Of a stretch of DNA of 64,000 nt, positions 40,312-49,828 are shown piece after piece (positions within the stretch are counted from its first letter, which is position 1; each line of letters starts with the position of its first letter). The translations under genes were made by a program, and so were the position numbers. The DNA is from Salinispira sp. GTDB taxonomy: Bacteria > Spirochaetota > Spirochaetia > DSM-27196 > Salinispiraceae. The stretch lies in the NCBI GenBank assembly GCA_965602015.1, contig OZ271918.1, positions 2,016,001-2,080,000 of the forward strand, in the 5' to 3' direction. The notes under the pieces were generated by a model that worked only from the letters and a program-made list of their open reading frames with translations, did no database searches and had not been told where the DNA came from.

Positions 40312-40989
40312 ATGATCCGCATTGACCAAATCAAAAAACTAGAAAGCAAGATACAGGAAGCGGTAGAACTACTCAGCCAATATCAGGAAGAAAACAAGCT
40401 GCTAAAAAGCCGCCTCAGCAACTATGAAGGGCGCATAGCCGAGCTGGAGAATCTCATCGATCAGTATCGGGATGAACAGGGAGAAATTGAGGAAGGAATT
40501 ATCAAAGCCCTTCAGCATTTGGACAGCCTTGAAAACGTGGTGGGATCAATTAAAAACGACGCGACGTCTGCCGCATTGGCTGAACAGGAAGCCGACGCCG
40601 TTCAGCGGGAAATCGAAGCCCGGGAAGCCGGAATTGACGGAGAAGATATCGCCGACACCGCGAAGGGAACCGAACAGCCTGATACGGCGAAGGATGAACC
40701 CGGCGACTCTGAACTGCCGTCGGATGAAGAAACTCCGGGCGGGGATGAATCAATGGGGGACTCGGCTCCGGAGAATCCCACTGACGACGGCGATGAGGAA
40801 ATCACAAACGAAGCCGGAGAAGAATCCTCGGACGAAGACGAGGGCTTCATGGATGAAGAAGAATCCCTTGATGAGGATAGCATCGACGACGCTCTGCAGG
40901 ATACCGATGACAATGAATTGGAAGATGACATCGAGATAGAAGATGAGGAAGATGATGAGGATAAAAGCGGTCAACTGGACATCTTTTAG
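40312..40989 (+). CDS. zapB: ZapB-like coiled-coil cell-division protein with long acidic tail
   Basis: QIKKLESKIQEAVELL...EENKLLK coiled coil directly upstream of zapA; D/E-rich C-terminal half. Confidence 0.65.
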   Translation: MIRIDQIKKLESKIQEAVELLSQYQEENKLLKSRLSNYEGRIAELENLIDQYRDEQGEIEEGIIKALQHLDSLENVVGSIKNDATSAALAEQEADAVQREIEAREAGIDGEDIADTAKGTEQPDTAKDEPGDSELPSDEETPGGDESMGDSAPENPTDDGDEEITNEAGEESSDEDEGFMDEEESLDEDSIDDALQDTDDNELEDDIEIEDEEDDEDKSGQLDIF

Positions 40990-40998
40990 GCCCTCGTT

Positions 40999-41373
40999 AT
41001 GAAGGTCGATTTACTGGGAACCAGTTTTACCCTCCAATCCGATGAGTCACCCGAGTATCTGGATAAGGTGGTGGCGTTCTATTCTCAAAAACTCGAAGAA
41101 ATTCGCTCGAGCGTGGAAACCGAAGACCCGGTGAAGCTCGGGATACTCGCGGGCATCCTGGTAGCCGATGAGCTCTTTAAAACCCGCGAGCGGTCAGCCG
41201 AAGGTCTGGCAGAGGATTATCCCTCCCCTGCCCTTCAGTTTTCCCTTGAAGAACTTGACGAGGCCGAGCGCATTACCCTCGAACTCATCGACAGGATCGG
41301 GAACAGCATTGACCGGGCTACCCAGAATGCCGGAGAAAACGACAACGAGGTAAAACCGCCGGATAGCAATTGA
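40999..41373 (+). CDS. zapA: cell division protein ZapA
   Basis: VDLLGTSFTLQSDESPEYL...KLGILAGILVADELFK. Confidence 0.85.
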   Translation: MKVDLLGTSFTLQSDESPEYLDKVVAFYSQKLEEIRSSVETEDPVKLGILAGILVADELFKTRERSAEGLAEDYPSPALQFSLEELDEAERITLELIDRIGNSIDRATQNAGENDNEVKPPDSN

Positions 41374-41407
41374 CTGCAGGCAGGCGTATGACTATTATTT
41401 CACACAC

Positions 41408-42214
41408 ATGTCAGTAGTTACCAGTCAACAAATTTCAAAATTATTCAACGCGTTTTCTCAGGAAGAAGTGCTCTTCAACAAGGATGTGAACCGGGCCCTT
41501 ATGCTCAACAGCAAAGGCGTTCATATCCGCTGCCTCGGGTATCAATGGCCCTGCATCGTGTACTCCAGCTCAATGACGGCGGCGAAGATCATCATAAATG
41601 TCAAAAGCCCGATCAAGCAGATTGTGGACAAGGCGAACCGTATGGTCAGCCTGAATTTCAGCTTTCTTACCAAGGACCGCACGAATCCGGTGAGCTTTTT
41701 TATGAAATCCAAGGTGGTCAGCTACTCACCGTATCATCCTGAGAAACCTGACCTCAATTTCATGACCCTGGAATTCGCCCACCGCCCGCCTGATGAGCTG
41801 ATTTATCGATTGGGAGAGCTATTGGAAGCCCAGACAAGGGCAAATGACCGGAAGGATGAACGAATCATCATCAATCCTGAGGTCCAACGCGTAATCAAGC
41901 TTGATTCCTCCGACCCGGTGAGCATAAAAATTGATAAGGTACCCCGAAAATGTATTCTCCGCGATCTTTCGTTCGGCGGAGCCAAGGTTATTATATTCGG
42001 AGTACCTCATTTTCTGGTAAATAAAAGCGCAGAGCTCACGCTCAGATTTGAAGACCCGGACCAGGCCGTGACCATTGCCGGCACGGTTCTCCGTTTTGAA
42101 GAAGTTCAGGGCAGGAAGGACCTGGCGGCCTTCGCCGTCAGCTTCGACGAAGAAAAACTGCCGACCGAGTATAAACTCCGTCTCAACAGCTACTTCAAAC
42201 TTCGCAAGAAATAA
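41408..42214 (+). CDS. PilZ-domain c-di-GMP receptor (spirochete PlzA-like)
   Basis: RKDER (RxxxR) and DLSFGG (DxSxGG) motifs after an N-terminal beta domain. Confidence 0.85.
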   Translation: MSVVTSQQISKLFNAFSQEEVLFNKDVNRALMLNSKGVHIRCLGYQWPCIVYSSSMTAAKIIINVKSPIKQIVDKANRMVSLNFSFLTKDRTNPVSFFMKSKVVSYSPYHPEKPDLNFMTLEFAHRPPDELIYRLGELLEAQTRANDRKDERIIINPEVQRVIKLDSSDPVSIKIDKVPRKCILRDLSFGGAKVIIFGVPHFLVNKSAELTLRFEDPDQAVTIAGTVLRFEEVQGRKDLAAFAVSFDEEKLPTEYKLRLNSYFKLRKK

Positions 42215-42237
42215 ACCGCATAACAGGATAGCCCATT

Positions 42238-43350
42238 ATGAACTCCCCCAGCCCCATAGATGATCTCATTTTCGTTTCCCTTCCCGAATCAATGCACAAG
42301 GAAATCGGCGGATTTGAGCTGGATCCGACCATAATGCTGCCCGTTGAGACCGGGGGAGTGGGCGGCGATCTCAATCTCGAGACCCTGAGCTGGGAAATGA
42401 TCATTTCAGGTATGCTGAAAATTCTCGCATGGGACCGGGAAAATGAGAATGCCGAGTATTACCGCAACTTTATTTTGGCGGTGAAACCCGAGATCATCGA
42501 TGAGCTCACCCAGTCGGGAATACTCAAGGCCCAAAACCGGGACTGGGATATTGCCGAAGAGGTGTTTTTAGCCCTCTCGGGACTTCAGCCGGGCAACCCC
42601 AGGGCAACCCTGAATCTGGCACTGATGTACGACCAGCGCTCGGAAGGGTACTCAGCCCTGGATAACAGCGAACTCGAGAAAGAGTATGCCGACAAGGCAT
42701 TCAGCGCATACATCAAGGCCCTCCAGGAAAAGCCCGAACTTCCCGAAACTCACATGTATGCCGGACACTTTTTTCTTCGTCAGCAGTCCTGGGGCCGGGC
42801 AAAAAAGGAATTCTCCCGCTTCCTGCAAATTAGCCGTGATGACCAAAAAAAAGCGGAAATTCAGAAAATCCTCGATCAGTTGAAGGGTAGTTCGGACCGG
42901 GACGCCCTGTTCAACGAGGCCTTTGATTTCATCCGTCTCGGCAAAGAAACCGAAGGCCTGGCAAAAATCGATGAATTTCTGGAAATCCAGGACGATGTGT
43001 GGAACGCCTGGTTTCTCAAGGGATGGGCCCTGAGAAGGCTGGAATGCTATCAGGAAGCCTACGATGCGTTTTCCGCAGCGAGAGCCCGGGGGGGGAACAG
43101 TCCAGATCTGTTAAATGAAACGGCGATCTGCGCGATGGAACTTGAGCGATACGAGGAAAGCGCCAGCCTTCTGGAACAGGCTCTTCAGGAGAGCCCCGGG
43201 GACATAAAGCTGCTTTCAAATTTGGGAATCTGTCAGATTAAAATGGGCAATCTGGATGAAGCCCAGGAGGCCTTCCTCAAGGTTTTGGATCTCGACGCTG
43301 AGGATCAGATAGCACTGCAGTATCTGGAGTTCATCGAAGAGCGCCTGTAA
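42238..43350 (+). CDS. tetratricopeptide-repeat protein
   Basis: Multiple TPR-like helices (AWFLKGWALRRL, LLSNLGICQIKMG). Confidence 0.85.
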   Translation: MNSPSPIDDLIFVSLPESMHKEIGGFELDPTIMLPVETGGVGGDLNLETLSWEMIISGMLKILAWDRENENAEYYRNFILAVKPEIIDELTQSGILKAQNRDWDIAEEVFLALSGLQPGNPRATLNLALMYDQRSEGYSALDNSELEKEYADKAFSAYIKALQEKPELPETHMYAGHFFLRQQSWGRAKKEFSRFLQISRDDQKKAEIQKILDQLKGSSDRDALFNEAFDFIRLGKETEGLAKIDEFLEIQDDVWNAWFLKGWALRRLECYQEAYDAFSAARARGGNSPDLLNETAICAMELERYEESASLLEQALQESPGDIKLLSNLGICQIKMGNLDEAQEAFLKVLDLDAEDQIALQYLEFIEERL

Positions 43351-43399
43351 TTTGCAGAAGCCCGCCCGGGCTCCGTACCTCATGCTCACAGCCGCTGCC

Positions 43400-43417
43400 T
43401 GCCGCAGCGGTTTTTTT
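43400..43417 (+). terminator. intrinsic terminator after the TPR gene (3' arm and U-tract; stem begins at 43391)
   Basis: GCCGCTGC-CTGCC-GCAGCGGT-TTTTTT. Confidence 0.7.
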
Positions 43418-43438
43418 ATATTAATTACCCAAATCTGC

Positions 43439-43466
43439 TCAAGTTTTCCCGCGGGCACGCCGATGC
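43439..43466 (+). promoter_or_regulatory. sigma28 (FliA)-like promoter upstream of the first flaB
   Basis: TCAA-N16-GCCGATGC just after a terminator. Confidence 0.6.
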
Positions 43467-43758
43467 TCTGTAGTGGAAGAGTTGCGCTCCGGTTTTACCG
43501 GGGAGACCTTCCTTCCCCTTACTCTGAGTATCGGGATCCGGAATTTAACCTTTAGCAAAAAAAAAGTTTTTTTGCTGATTTTTTCGGGCTAAGCAAATCA
43601 ACGGTTCCGGGCAAGACATACCCCTGGCTGCGATGTGTAATGTGCATTTCACGGGATGTCTTACCCGGGTCCGGGTGAAGATTTCAGGATGCGGATATCT
43701 GTAAAAAGATGTACTCGCCCGCTTCCTGAAATTCGATCCCGGGTCTGAATAGCCGCAT

Positions 43759-43776
43759 CCGGGCATGGACGCCCGG
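43759..43776 (+). promoter_or_regulatory. CsrA-type binding hairpin in the flaB leader
   Basis: CCGGGC-ATGGAC-GCCCGG; ANGGA in the loop about 20 nt upstream of the AAGGAGG SD. Confidence 0.7.
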
Positions 43777-43807
43777 GTAGTCAACCATCATCATCAAGGA
43801 GGATGAG

Positions 43808-44668
43808 ATGATCATTAATCACAACCTTAGTGCCATGTTCGCCCAGCGTCAGAACGGCATTAACAACAACAACGTGACCAAGAACATGGAGAAGCTGAGC
43901 TCCGGTCTCCGGATTAACCGGGCCGGCGATGACGCTTCCGGTCTCGCTGTTTCCGAAAAGCTGCGCAGCCAGATCCGCGGTCTGCAGCAGGCAAGTGCCA
44001 ATGCCGCAAACGGCATCAGCTTCATTCAGACCACTGAAGGATATCTCCAGGAAACCCAGGATATTCTCCAGCGGATCCGTGAACTGTCCATCCAGTCTTC
44101 CAACGGTATTTACTCCACCGAAGACCGAATGCAGATTCAGGTTGAAGTAAGCCAGCTGATCGATGAAGTCGACCGGGTTGCAAGCCATGCCCAGTTCAAC
44201 GGCATGAACATGCTTACCGGCCGCTTCGCCCGTCCCGACGCAGCAGGGGCTCCCGTACAGGAAATGACCTTCCACATCGGAGCCAACATGGATCAGAGGG
44301 AGCAGGCCTTCATCGGTACCATGACCGCGGCGGCCCTGGGCCTCAAGGAACTTGGAACCGGCGACATCCTGACCATCAGCAATCCCGAATCCGCCAACGC
44401 GAACATCGGTGTTGTCGACACTGCCCTGCTTCGGGTAAACAAGCAGCGGGCAGACCTTGGCGCCTACCAGAACCGTCTGGAAATGGCCATCCAGGGAATC
44501 GACATCGGGGCTGAAAACCTGCAGGCCGCAGAAAGCCGGATCCGGGACGTCGACATGGCCAAGGAAATGGTCGAGTACACCAAGAACCAGATCCTGGTTC
44601 AGGCCTCGAACGCCATGCTCGCCCAGGCGAACATGAAAAACCAGTCAGTTCTCCAGCTTCTGGGCTAG
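43808..44668 (+). CDS. flaB: flagellin (periplasmic flagellar core protein)
   Basis: [55 protein letters not shown]. Confidence 0.97.
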   Translation: MIINHNLSAMFAQRQNGINNNNVTKNMEKLSSGLRINRAGDDASGLAVSEKLRSQIRGLQQASANAANGISFIQTTEGYLQETQDILQRIRELSIQSSNGIYSTEDRMQIQVEVSQLIDEVDRVASHAQFNGMNMLTGRFARPDAAGAPVQEMTFHIGANMDQREQAFIGTMTAAALGLKELGTGDILTISNPESANANIGVVDTALLRVNKQRADLGAYQNRLEMAIQGIDIGAENLQAAESRIRDVDMAKEMVEYTKNQILVQASNAMLAQANMKNQSVLQLLG

Positions 44669-44867
44669 AGCAGCAGGAGAGCGTAGCGCTGGGGGGAAAC
44701 CCCGGTCTTACCGCAATGTGATACATCAGGTTTCCCCCGATTCAGGCCTGCAATCCGGTTCTTTCCGGAGCAGGCCTGAAGTCGTATCTTATGGGTATTA
44801 GCGGTGGAGATTCTCTTGAATTGTCACCGGAGATGATATACTCTTAAGATGAGTAAGGAGCCGTTAA

Positions 44868-44895
44868 ATATCGGCACCTTTGCAATGATCTTTGA
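44868..44895 (-). promoter_or_regulatory. sigma28-like promoter on the antisense strand between the flagellin genes
   Basis: Minus strand TCAA (44892-44895)-N16-GCCGATAT (44868-44875). Confidence 0.55.
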
Positions 44896-45062
44896 CATAT
44901 TTATGCCCCTTTTTGAACTGCCTGACTAAAAAAATTCTGCTGTGAGCGGAGCGGTCTTCTGATTCCCTGCACAGTATTGCTTCCCGGGCCCCAGGCCCAA
45001 TCGTACGACACCAGTTGCGTCGAATCAGACAGGTCACTCCGCTGAAAACGGCCAGAACGGAG

Positions 45063-45127
45063 CAAAGCGCAAAGGACGGCGCTTTGATGTGCCGAGACAG
45101 CGGGTCCGAAGGCAAGGATTGCCTTCG
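45063..45127 (+). promoter_or_regulatory. two CsrA-type hairpins in the second flaB leader
   Basis: CAAAGCGC-AAAGGACG-GCGCTTTG (45063-45086) and CGAAGGCAA-GGA-TTGCCTTCG (45107-45127). Confidence 0.72.
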
Positions 45128-45148
45128 AGAAGATATCAAGGAGGGGTT

Positions 45149-46003
45149 ATGATAATTAACCACAACATGAGCGCAATGTACGCAAACCGTACATTGGGCG
45201 AGCGGGCACAGCAGACCCAGAGCTCGATTGAAAAACTGAGCTCCGGCGAGCGGATTACCCGCGCAGCGGACGACGCATCAGGTCTTGCGGTTTCCGAGAA
45301 ACTTCGCTCACAGATTCGAGGATTGAATCAGGCGAGCCGAAATATCGCCAACGCGGTATCCTTCATTCAGACCACTGAGGGCTATCTGCAGAATACCGGT
45401 GATATTCTCGGTCGAATTCGGGAACTCTCCGTTCAATCTGCAAACGGTATTTACACTGCTGAAGACCGGACGCAGATTCAGGTGGAAGTTTCCCAGCTGG
45501 TCGACGAAGTTAATCGTATCGCAAGCCATGCACAGTTCAACGGTATGAACATGCTCACCGGTGCATTCGCACAGGACAGCACCACTGGTCAGATTATGCA
45601 GTTCCACGTCGGAGCTAACATCGATCAGAACGAGCAGGTGTTCATCGGAACCATGACTGCTGACGCCCTCGGTCTTACCGACACTCAAGGCGGAACGGGA
45701 ATGATCAACATTTCCAATCCCGAAGCAGCCAATGCGGCAATCGGCACCGTCGATACCGCGTTGAACGTGATCAACAAGCAGCGCGCCGACCTGGGAGCCT
45801 ATCAGAACCGATTTGAAATGGCCCAGAAAGGTGTGGACATTGCTGCTGAAAATCTGCAGGCAGCTGAATCGAGGATTCGCGACGCCGACATGGCATCGCA
45901 AATGGTTGAGTTCACCAAGAACCAGATCCTCACCCAGGCGAATACCGCCATGCTGGCTCAGGCAAACATGCAGAGTCAGTCCGTTCTTCAGCTCCTCGGC
46001 TAA
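45149..46003 (+). CDS. flaB: flagellin (periplasmic flagellar core protein), second paralog
   Basis: [12 protein letters not shown]...EKLSSG...[12 protein letters not shown]...[11 protein letters not shown] at 45149 with AAGGAGG SD. Confidence 0.97.
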   Translation: MIINHNMSAMYANRTLGERAQQTQSSIEKLSSGERITRAADDASGLAVSEKLRSQIRGLNQASRNIANAVSFIQTTEGYLQNTGDILGRIRELSVQSANGIYTAEDRTQIQVEVSQLVDEVNRIASHAQFNGMNMLTGAFAQDSTTGQIMQFHVGANIDQNEQVFIGTMTADALGLTDTQGGTGMINISNPEAANAAIGTVDTALNVINKQRADLGAYQNRFEMAQKGVDIAAENLQAAESRIRDADMASQMVEFTKNQILTQANTAMLAQANMQSQSVLQLLG

Positions 46004-46125
46004 GTTCAGGCAGAACTCTCCGTTCACTCCGGGGAAGAAAATTCTGGACGTCTTTTCTTTCCCATCCACTCCTTCCCTCCCCGTCCGCGGGGAGGGAGGG
46101 TACTTTCTTACATGGAGGTAAGAAT

Positions 46126-46590
46126 ATGTCATTCGACGTGAACAGCGTGGTCGGACAGGGAAGCATCCGCCCCGCGCAACAACAAACCCAATCTCAATCT
46201 GCCGACCGCCGGCGTCAGGAAGTGGCTCAGGCTGCCCAGCAAAGCAGACAGCGCTCTGAAAACAGGGATAGTCAGATTAGTGCCGAGACTCAGGCCAGAC
46301 AGGAGCGGGATGCAGCCATCAGGGCCCAGGAAAAGCAGGCCGTTGAACAGGCGAGCAGGGAAGATGTTGAGCGCGAAGTGCAGCAGGCACTGGCAGAGCT
46401 CAAAGACATCAATCTCACCTTCAACCACAAGCTCAAGTACACCATCGACAGGGATGAAAACGAGCTCATTGTAAAAGTCATCGATCCCGATACCGATGAA
46501 ATTATTAAGGAACTGCCGCCTTTAGCGATGCAGAAATTTCACAGCCGGCTTCAGGAGTTTATCGGCCTGCTGGTGGATGAAGAAGCCTGA
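46126..46590 (+). CDS. flaG: flagellar protein FlaG
   Basis: LKYTID...IVKVIDPDTDEIIKELPP...GLLVDEEA; lies between flagellin and fliD. Confidence 0.9.
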   Translation: MSFDVNSVVGQGSIRPAQQQTQSQSADRRRQEVAQAAQQSRQRSENRDSQISAETQARQERDAAIRAQEKQAVEQASREDVEREVQQALAELKDINLTFNHKLKYTIDRDENELIVKVIDPDTDEIIKELPPLAMQKFHSRLQEFIGLLVDEEA

Positions 46591-46779
46591 GCTGCACACC
46601 ATTTCCATTTCTCATCTCCTTTATGCCGTAACCTCCGGGTGTCAGTGGCATCTTCCAGTGCGAAGGCCGTCAACGTTTTTCTTCACAGCTCAACCCCGGC
46701 GGTTTTTTTGACGAAAAGTAAGTATATTTTGTGAAGTCATGATAAGTAAAAACGATCGGATACGACACGAGGATTAACG

Positions 46780-48801
46780 ATGTCTGATATTTCAATACCG
46801 GGCGTATCAAGCAGATTCAACACCGAGGCCATGGTTCAGGAGCTGGTTGAAGCGGAAAGCGTCCGCCTCGAGCGGATGCAGCGCGAACTCGAAGGCTTCG
46901 AAACCGAAAAACGGGTCTGGCAAGACCTGAATTCCGGGCTGAACAGTCTTCGACAGAGCGCCCGAACCTTATACAGTTTTGAAAACCCCTTTAATGAACG
47001 CAACGCCCTGTCCAGCGATGAAGCAGTACTGCGCGCCAGCGCAACCCGGGAGGCTTCAGAGGGGGTGACCGAAGTGAGGGTGCTCCAGGTGGCCCGGGCC
47101 GACCGTTTTATTTCAGATGATGTGGACCGGGAAATGCAGGTCGGCCAGGGAATTTACGAGTTTACCGTAGGGGATGACTCGGTGACTCTGCGATTCAGGG
47201 GCGGCAGCCTCAAGGAATTCTCCGATGCAATCAACCGGAGAAACCCCGAGATGCTGCGCTCTTCGGTTATAAATAACCGTCCGGGGAGCCAGGTGATTCT
47301 CATAGAAAGCCTTCGGGAAGGCGCGTCTAATCCCCTGGGTTTTGAGCAGGATGCCCGGGACCTGGCGCTGGAGCTCGGCTGGGTCGAGCGGACACCGGAC
47401 AGCAGCGCCTCCATAAATATTCAGGACACCCGGGTCAGCCAGTGGTCAAAACCTTTGGACAATCAGCCCCTCACCCGTGACGGAGAGATCCTGCAGTTGG
47501 GTCCCGGCGCTGAGCTTTCCCTGCCCTTCCCGTCACCAGTCCAAATTAGCGACGGAATGGTGTTGCGTTACGAAGTCCGCCTGACAACCAATGAAGCATA
47601 CCGTTTTACCCCTCCGGCAGCTCCTCCGGGACCCGGCACCCCGTCAACCGGTTCGGTAACCCTTCAGGACGTTACCCTGCCGGACCTGCCGAGCGCCGTC
47701 GATCTGCCGGAGGCCGGAGAACCCGAACCCCCGGAAATTGTGGAAGAAAACCAGCTTATTTACGCACTGAGCCGGAGCAACACCATTCCCCTGCCGGAAG
47801 TATCCGACAGCCTGAATTTTGTACCCGTTGAGGTTGATATTTCGGATCTGGCGGCCCGGCTAGACGCACTTAACATTCGAAACCCGAACAGCCTCAAAGA
47901 CCTGCAAATCCGGAACATCGAAGTACTCGACCCTAATGCACGGGGAGACCTTCGGCCGAAAAACGCCGTGAGTTCTGCCCGTGATGCCCTCCTGGAGGTT
48001 GAAGGTATACGAATAGAGCGGGAAAGCAACTCCATCGACGATGTAATTCCCGGAGTGACCATGGAACTTCGCCGGGAATCCGATGACGACATTGAAATCA
48101 CCGTTGAGCCCGACCGGGAGCTGGTCAAGGAATCACTCATAGAATGGGTCGCCCGATACAATCAGATAATTCGTGACGTGAACATTTACACCCGCAATAA
48201 CCCGGAAATCATCGATGAAATCGAATACTTCACCGATGACGAGCGGGAAACCTACACCGAGCGCCTGGGAATGTTTCAGGGAGATATTACCATGAACACC
48301 CTCAGAAGCCGGCTTCAGACTCTTACCATGAGCCCTTATGAAACCCGTGCCGGCAGTGATTTGACCCTTCTCGCCCAAATCGGCATCAGCACCAATGCCT
48401 CGGGAGGCTCGAGCGGCGTAAATGTCAGCCGTCTCAGGGGATATTTGGAAATAAACGAGGATATACTCGATAACGCCCTGGCCGAGAACTTTCTGGCTGT
48501 GAAGGACCTTTTTGGACGGGACAGCGACGGGGATCTGGTTATCGATGAGGGGGCGGCATTTGCGGTGGACAGCTTCGTTAATCCCTATGTACAGATCGGC
48601 GGTATACTGGCAAGCAGGACGAGCGGATACGACAGCAGAATAGCAGACATAAACGATGACATTTCAGATTATGAAGAATATCTGCAGGACTTTGAATCCG
48701 AGCAGCGTCGGCAGTTCGGAACCATGGAAGCGGCGATAAATTCGATGGAGCAGGCATCTCAAGGGCTTCAGGGACTAAACAACAACAATAACAACAACTG
48801 A
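46780..48801 (+). CDS. fliD: flagellar filament cap protein
   Basis: MSDISIPGVSS N-terminus, SNSIDDVIPGVT, LAQIGIST, C-terminal QFGTMEAAINSM. Confidence 0.93.
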   Translation: MSDISIPGVSSRFNTEAMVQELVEAESVRLERMQRELEGFETEKRVWQDLNSGLNSLRQSARTLYSFENPFNERNALSSDEAVLRASATREASEGVTEVRVLQVARADRFISDDVDREMQVGQGIYEFTVGDDSVTLRFRGGSLKEFSDAINRRNPEMLRSSVINNRPGSQVILIESLREGASNPLGFEQDARDLALELGWVERTPDSSASINIQDTRVSQWSKPLDNQPLTRDGEILQLGPGAELSLPFPSPVQISDGMVLRYEVRLTTNEAYRFTPPAAPPGPGTPSTGSVTLQDVTLPDLPSAVDLPEAGEPEPPEIVEENQLIYALSRSNTIPLPEVSDSLNFVPVEVDISDLAARLDALNIRNPNSLKDLQIRNIEVLDPNARGDLRPKNAVSSARDALLEVEGIRIERESNSIDDVIPGVTMELRRESDDDIEITVEPDRELVKESLIEWVARYNQIIRDVNIYTRNNPEIIDEIEYFTDDERETYTERLGMFQGDITMNTLRSRLQTLTMSPYETRAGSDLTLLAQIGISTNASGGSSGVNVSRLRGYLEINEDILDNALAENFLAVKDLFGRDSDGDLVIDEGAAFAVDSFVNPYVQIGGILASRTSGYDSRIADINDDISDYEEYLQDFESEQRRQFGTMEAAINSMEQASQGLQGLNNNNNNN

Positions 48802-48857
48802 TTTTTCCCTCAAGAAAGCCGCCTTCCTCCCCGATAATCCGGTCTTCTAACTTTATC

Positions 48858-48884
48858 TCAAAATATGTCATTATATGCCGATAC
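48858..48884 (+). promoter_or_regulatory. sigma28-like promoter for the genes after fliD
   Basis: TCAA-N15-GCCGATAC; a second weaker TCAA-N16-CCCGATAA at 48810-48837. Confidence 0.65.
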
Positions 48885-48907
48885 AATAGGTGAAAAGGGG
48901 GGGCGCC

Positions 48908-49828
48908 GTGCAAATTTTTCTGAACAGCGAACAGTTGGATGTAACCCTTGAAAACGAAGAGACCCTTGGCGAAGTCTATCATTCTCTCAATTCCTGGATA
49001 AACGAGGCGGGGCTCCACCCGCTTTCTCTCTCCGCCGACGGCCGGGCTCTTGAAATAAGCGACCCCGGCCAGTGGGAAAAAACTCCGATACAAGATACCG
49101 AGAATCTGGAAATTACTGCGGGAACCATAAACGCCGTCCGGGCGCAGCAGATCATGACAGCCCTGGATTATATCAATCTGCTGCTTCAGATGTTTCCCAG
49201 GATGCTGGACGGGGAGGAGCTCAACGCGGAGTTTCAGGCGGCGTTTTCCGAGTACCGTCATGTCAGGACCGCCCTGCCCCAAATAATGCAGATAAGCGAT
49301 GGCGGTTTTTCCGAAGATTTTTCCCTGCTCGACGCTGCGGCTGAAAAAACTGCCGCATCGCTGGGGAAGGACAGCCAGCCTGCCTCACCGGTTATCCGCG
49401 ATTTCTCCCAGCGCCTCGAACAGCTCCGTATTTTGCTGCTCGACCGGCTTCAGGAGTACAGCAATCCCGGTCAGGAACTTATCAGCATTTCCGGTCTGAT
49501 CGCCGGCATGCTCCCGTCCCTGGAAGAAGCGGGGATCGCCCTGCAAACCGGCAGGGAAAAAGAGGCGTACAATCTGGTGTTCAAAATTTCGGAAATGTGC
49601 GCCAAACTGGTTCGCGTAATCGATTGCCTGTCCATGGAGGATCCCCGTCAGACAGTCGCCGCAGTGAAAGAAGGAATCAGCAAACTCGGACAGACCATTG
49701 AGGAAATCAATAACAGTATCGCCGCAGGCGATATGGTGCTTCTTTCCGACCTTCTGGAATATGACTTACGGGAAAGCATGGAAGCTCTTATGCAGTCAAT
49801 TTCCGAAGCCCGATTGGGGGCAGAATGA
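48908..49828 (+). CDS. hypothetical helical protein in the flagellar locus
   Basis: About 306-aa ORF ending DMVLLSDLLEYDL; GTG start downstream of the sigma28-like promoter. Confidence 0.72.
   Translation: MQIFLNSEQLDVTLENEETLGEVYHSLNSWINEAGLHPLSLSADGRALEISDPGQWEKTPIQDTENLEITAGTINAVRAQQIMTALDYINLLLQMFPRMLDGEELNAEFQAAFSEYRHVRTALPQIMQISDGGFSEDFSLLDAAAEKTAASLGKDSQPASPVIRDFSQRLEQLRILLLDRLQEYSNPGQELISISGLIAGMLPSLEEAGIALQTGREKEAYNLVFKISEMCAKLVRVIDCLSMEDPRQTVAAVKEGISKLGQTIEEINNSIAAGDMVLLSDLLEYDLRESMEALMQSISEARLGAE

Noticed and set aside
41374..41407. 6S RNA, often found downstream of zapA
   Set aside because: The gap is only 34 bp and is occupied by a promoter-like sequence.
44376..44726. 116-aa ORF downstream of the antisense sigma28-like promoter
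   Set aside because: It is mostly antisense to flaB, has P/G/R-rich shadow-ORF composition and shows no recognisable motif.
48778..48798. AAC/AAT run encoding seven Asn at the FliD C-terminus
   Set aside because: Short, in frame and at the protein end; slippage would not switch phase.
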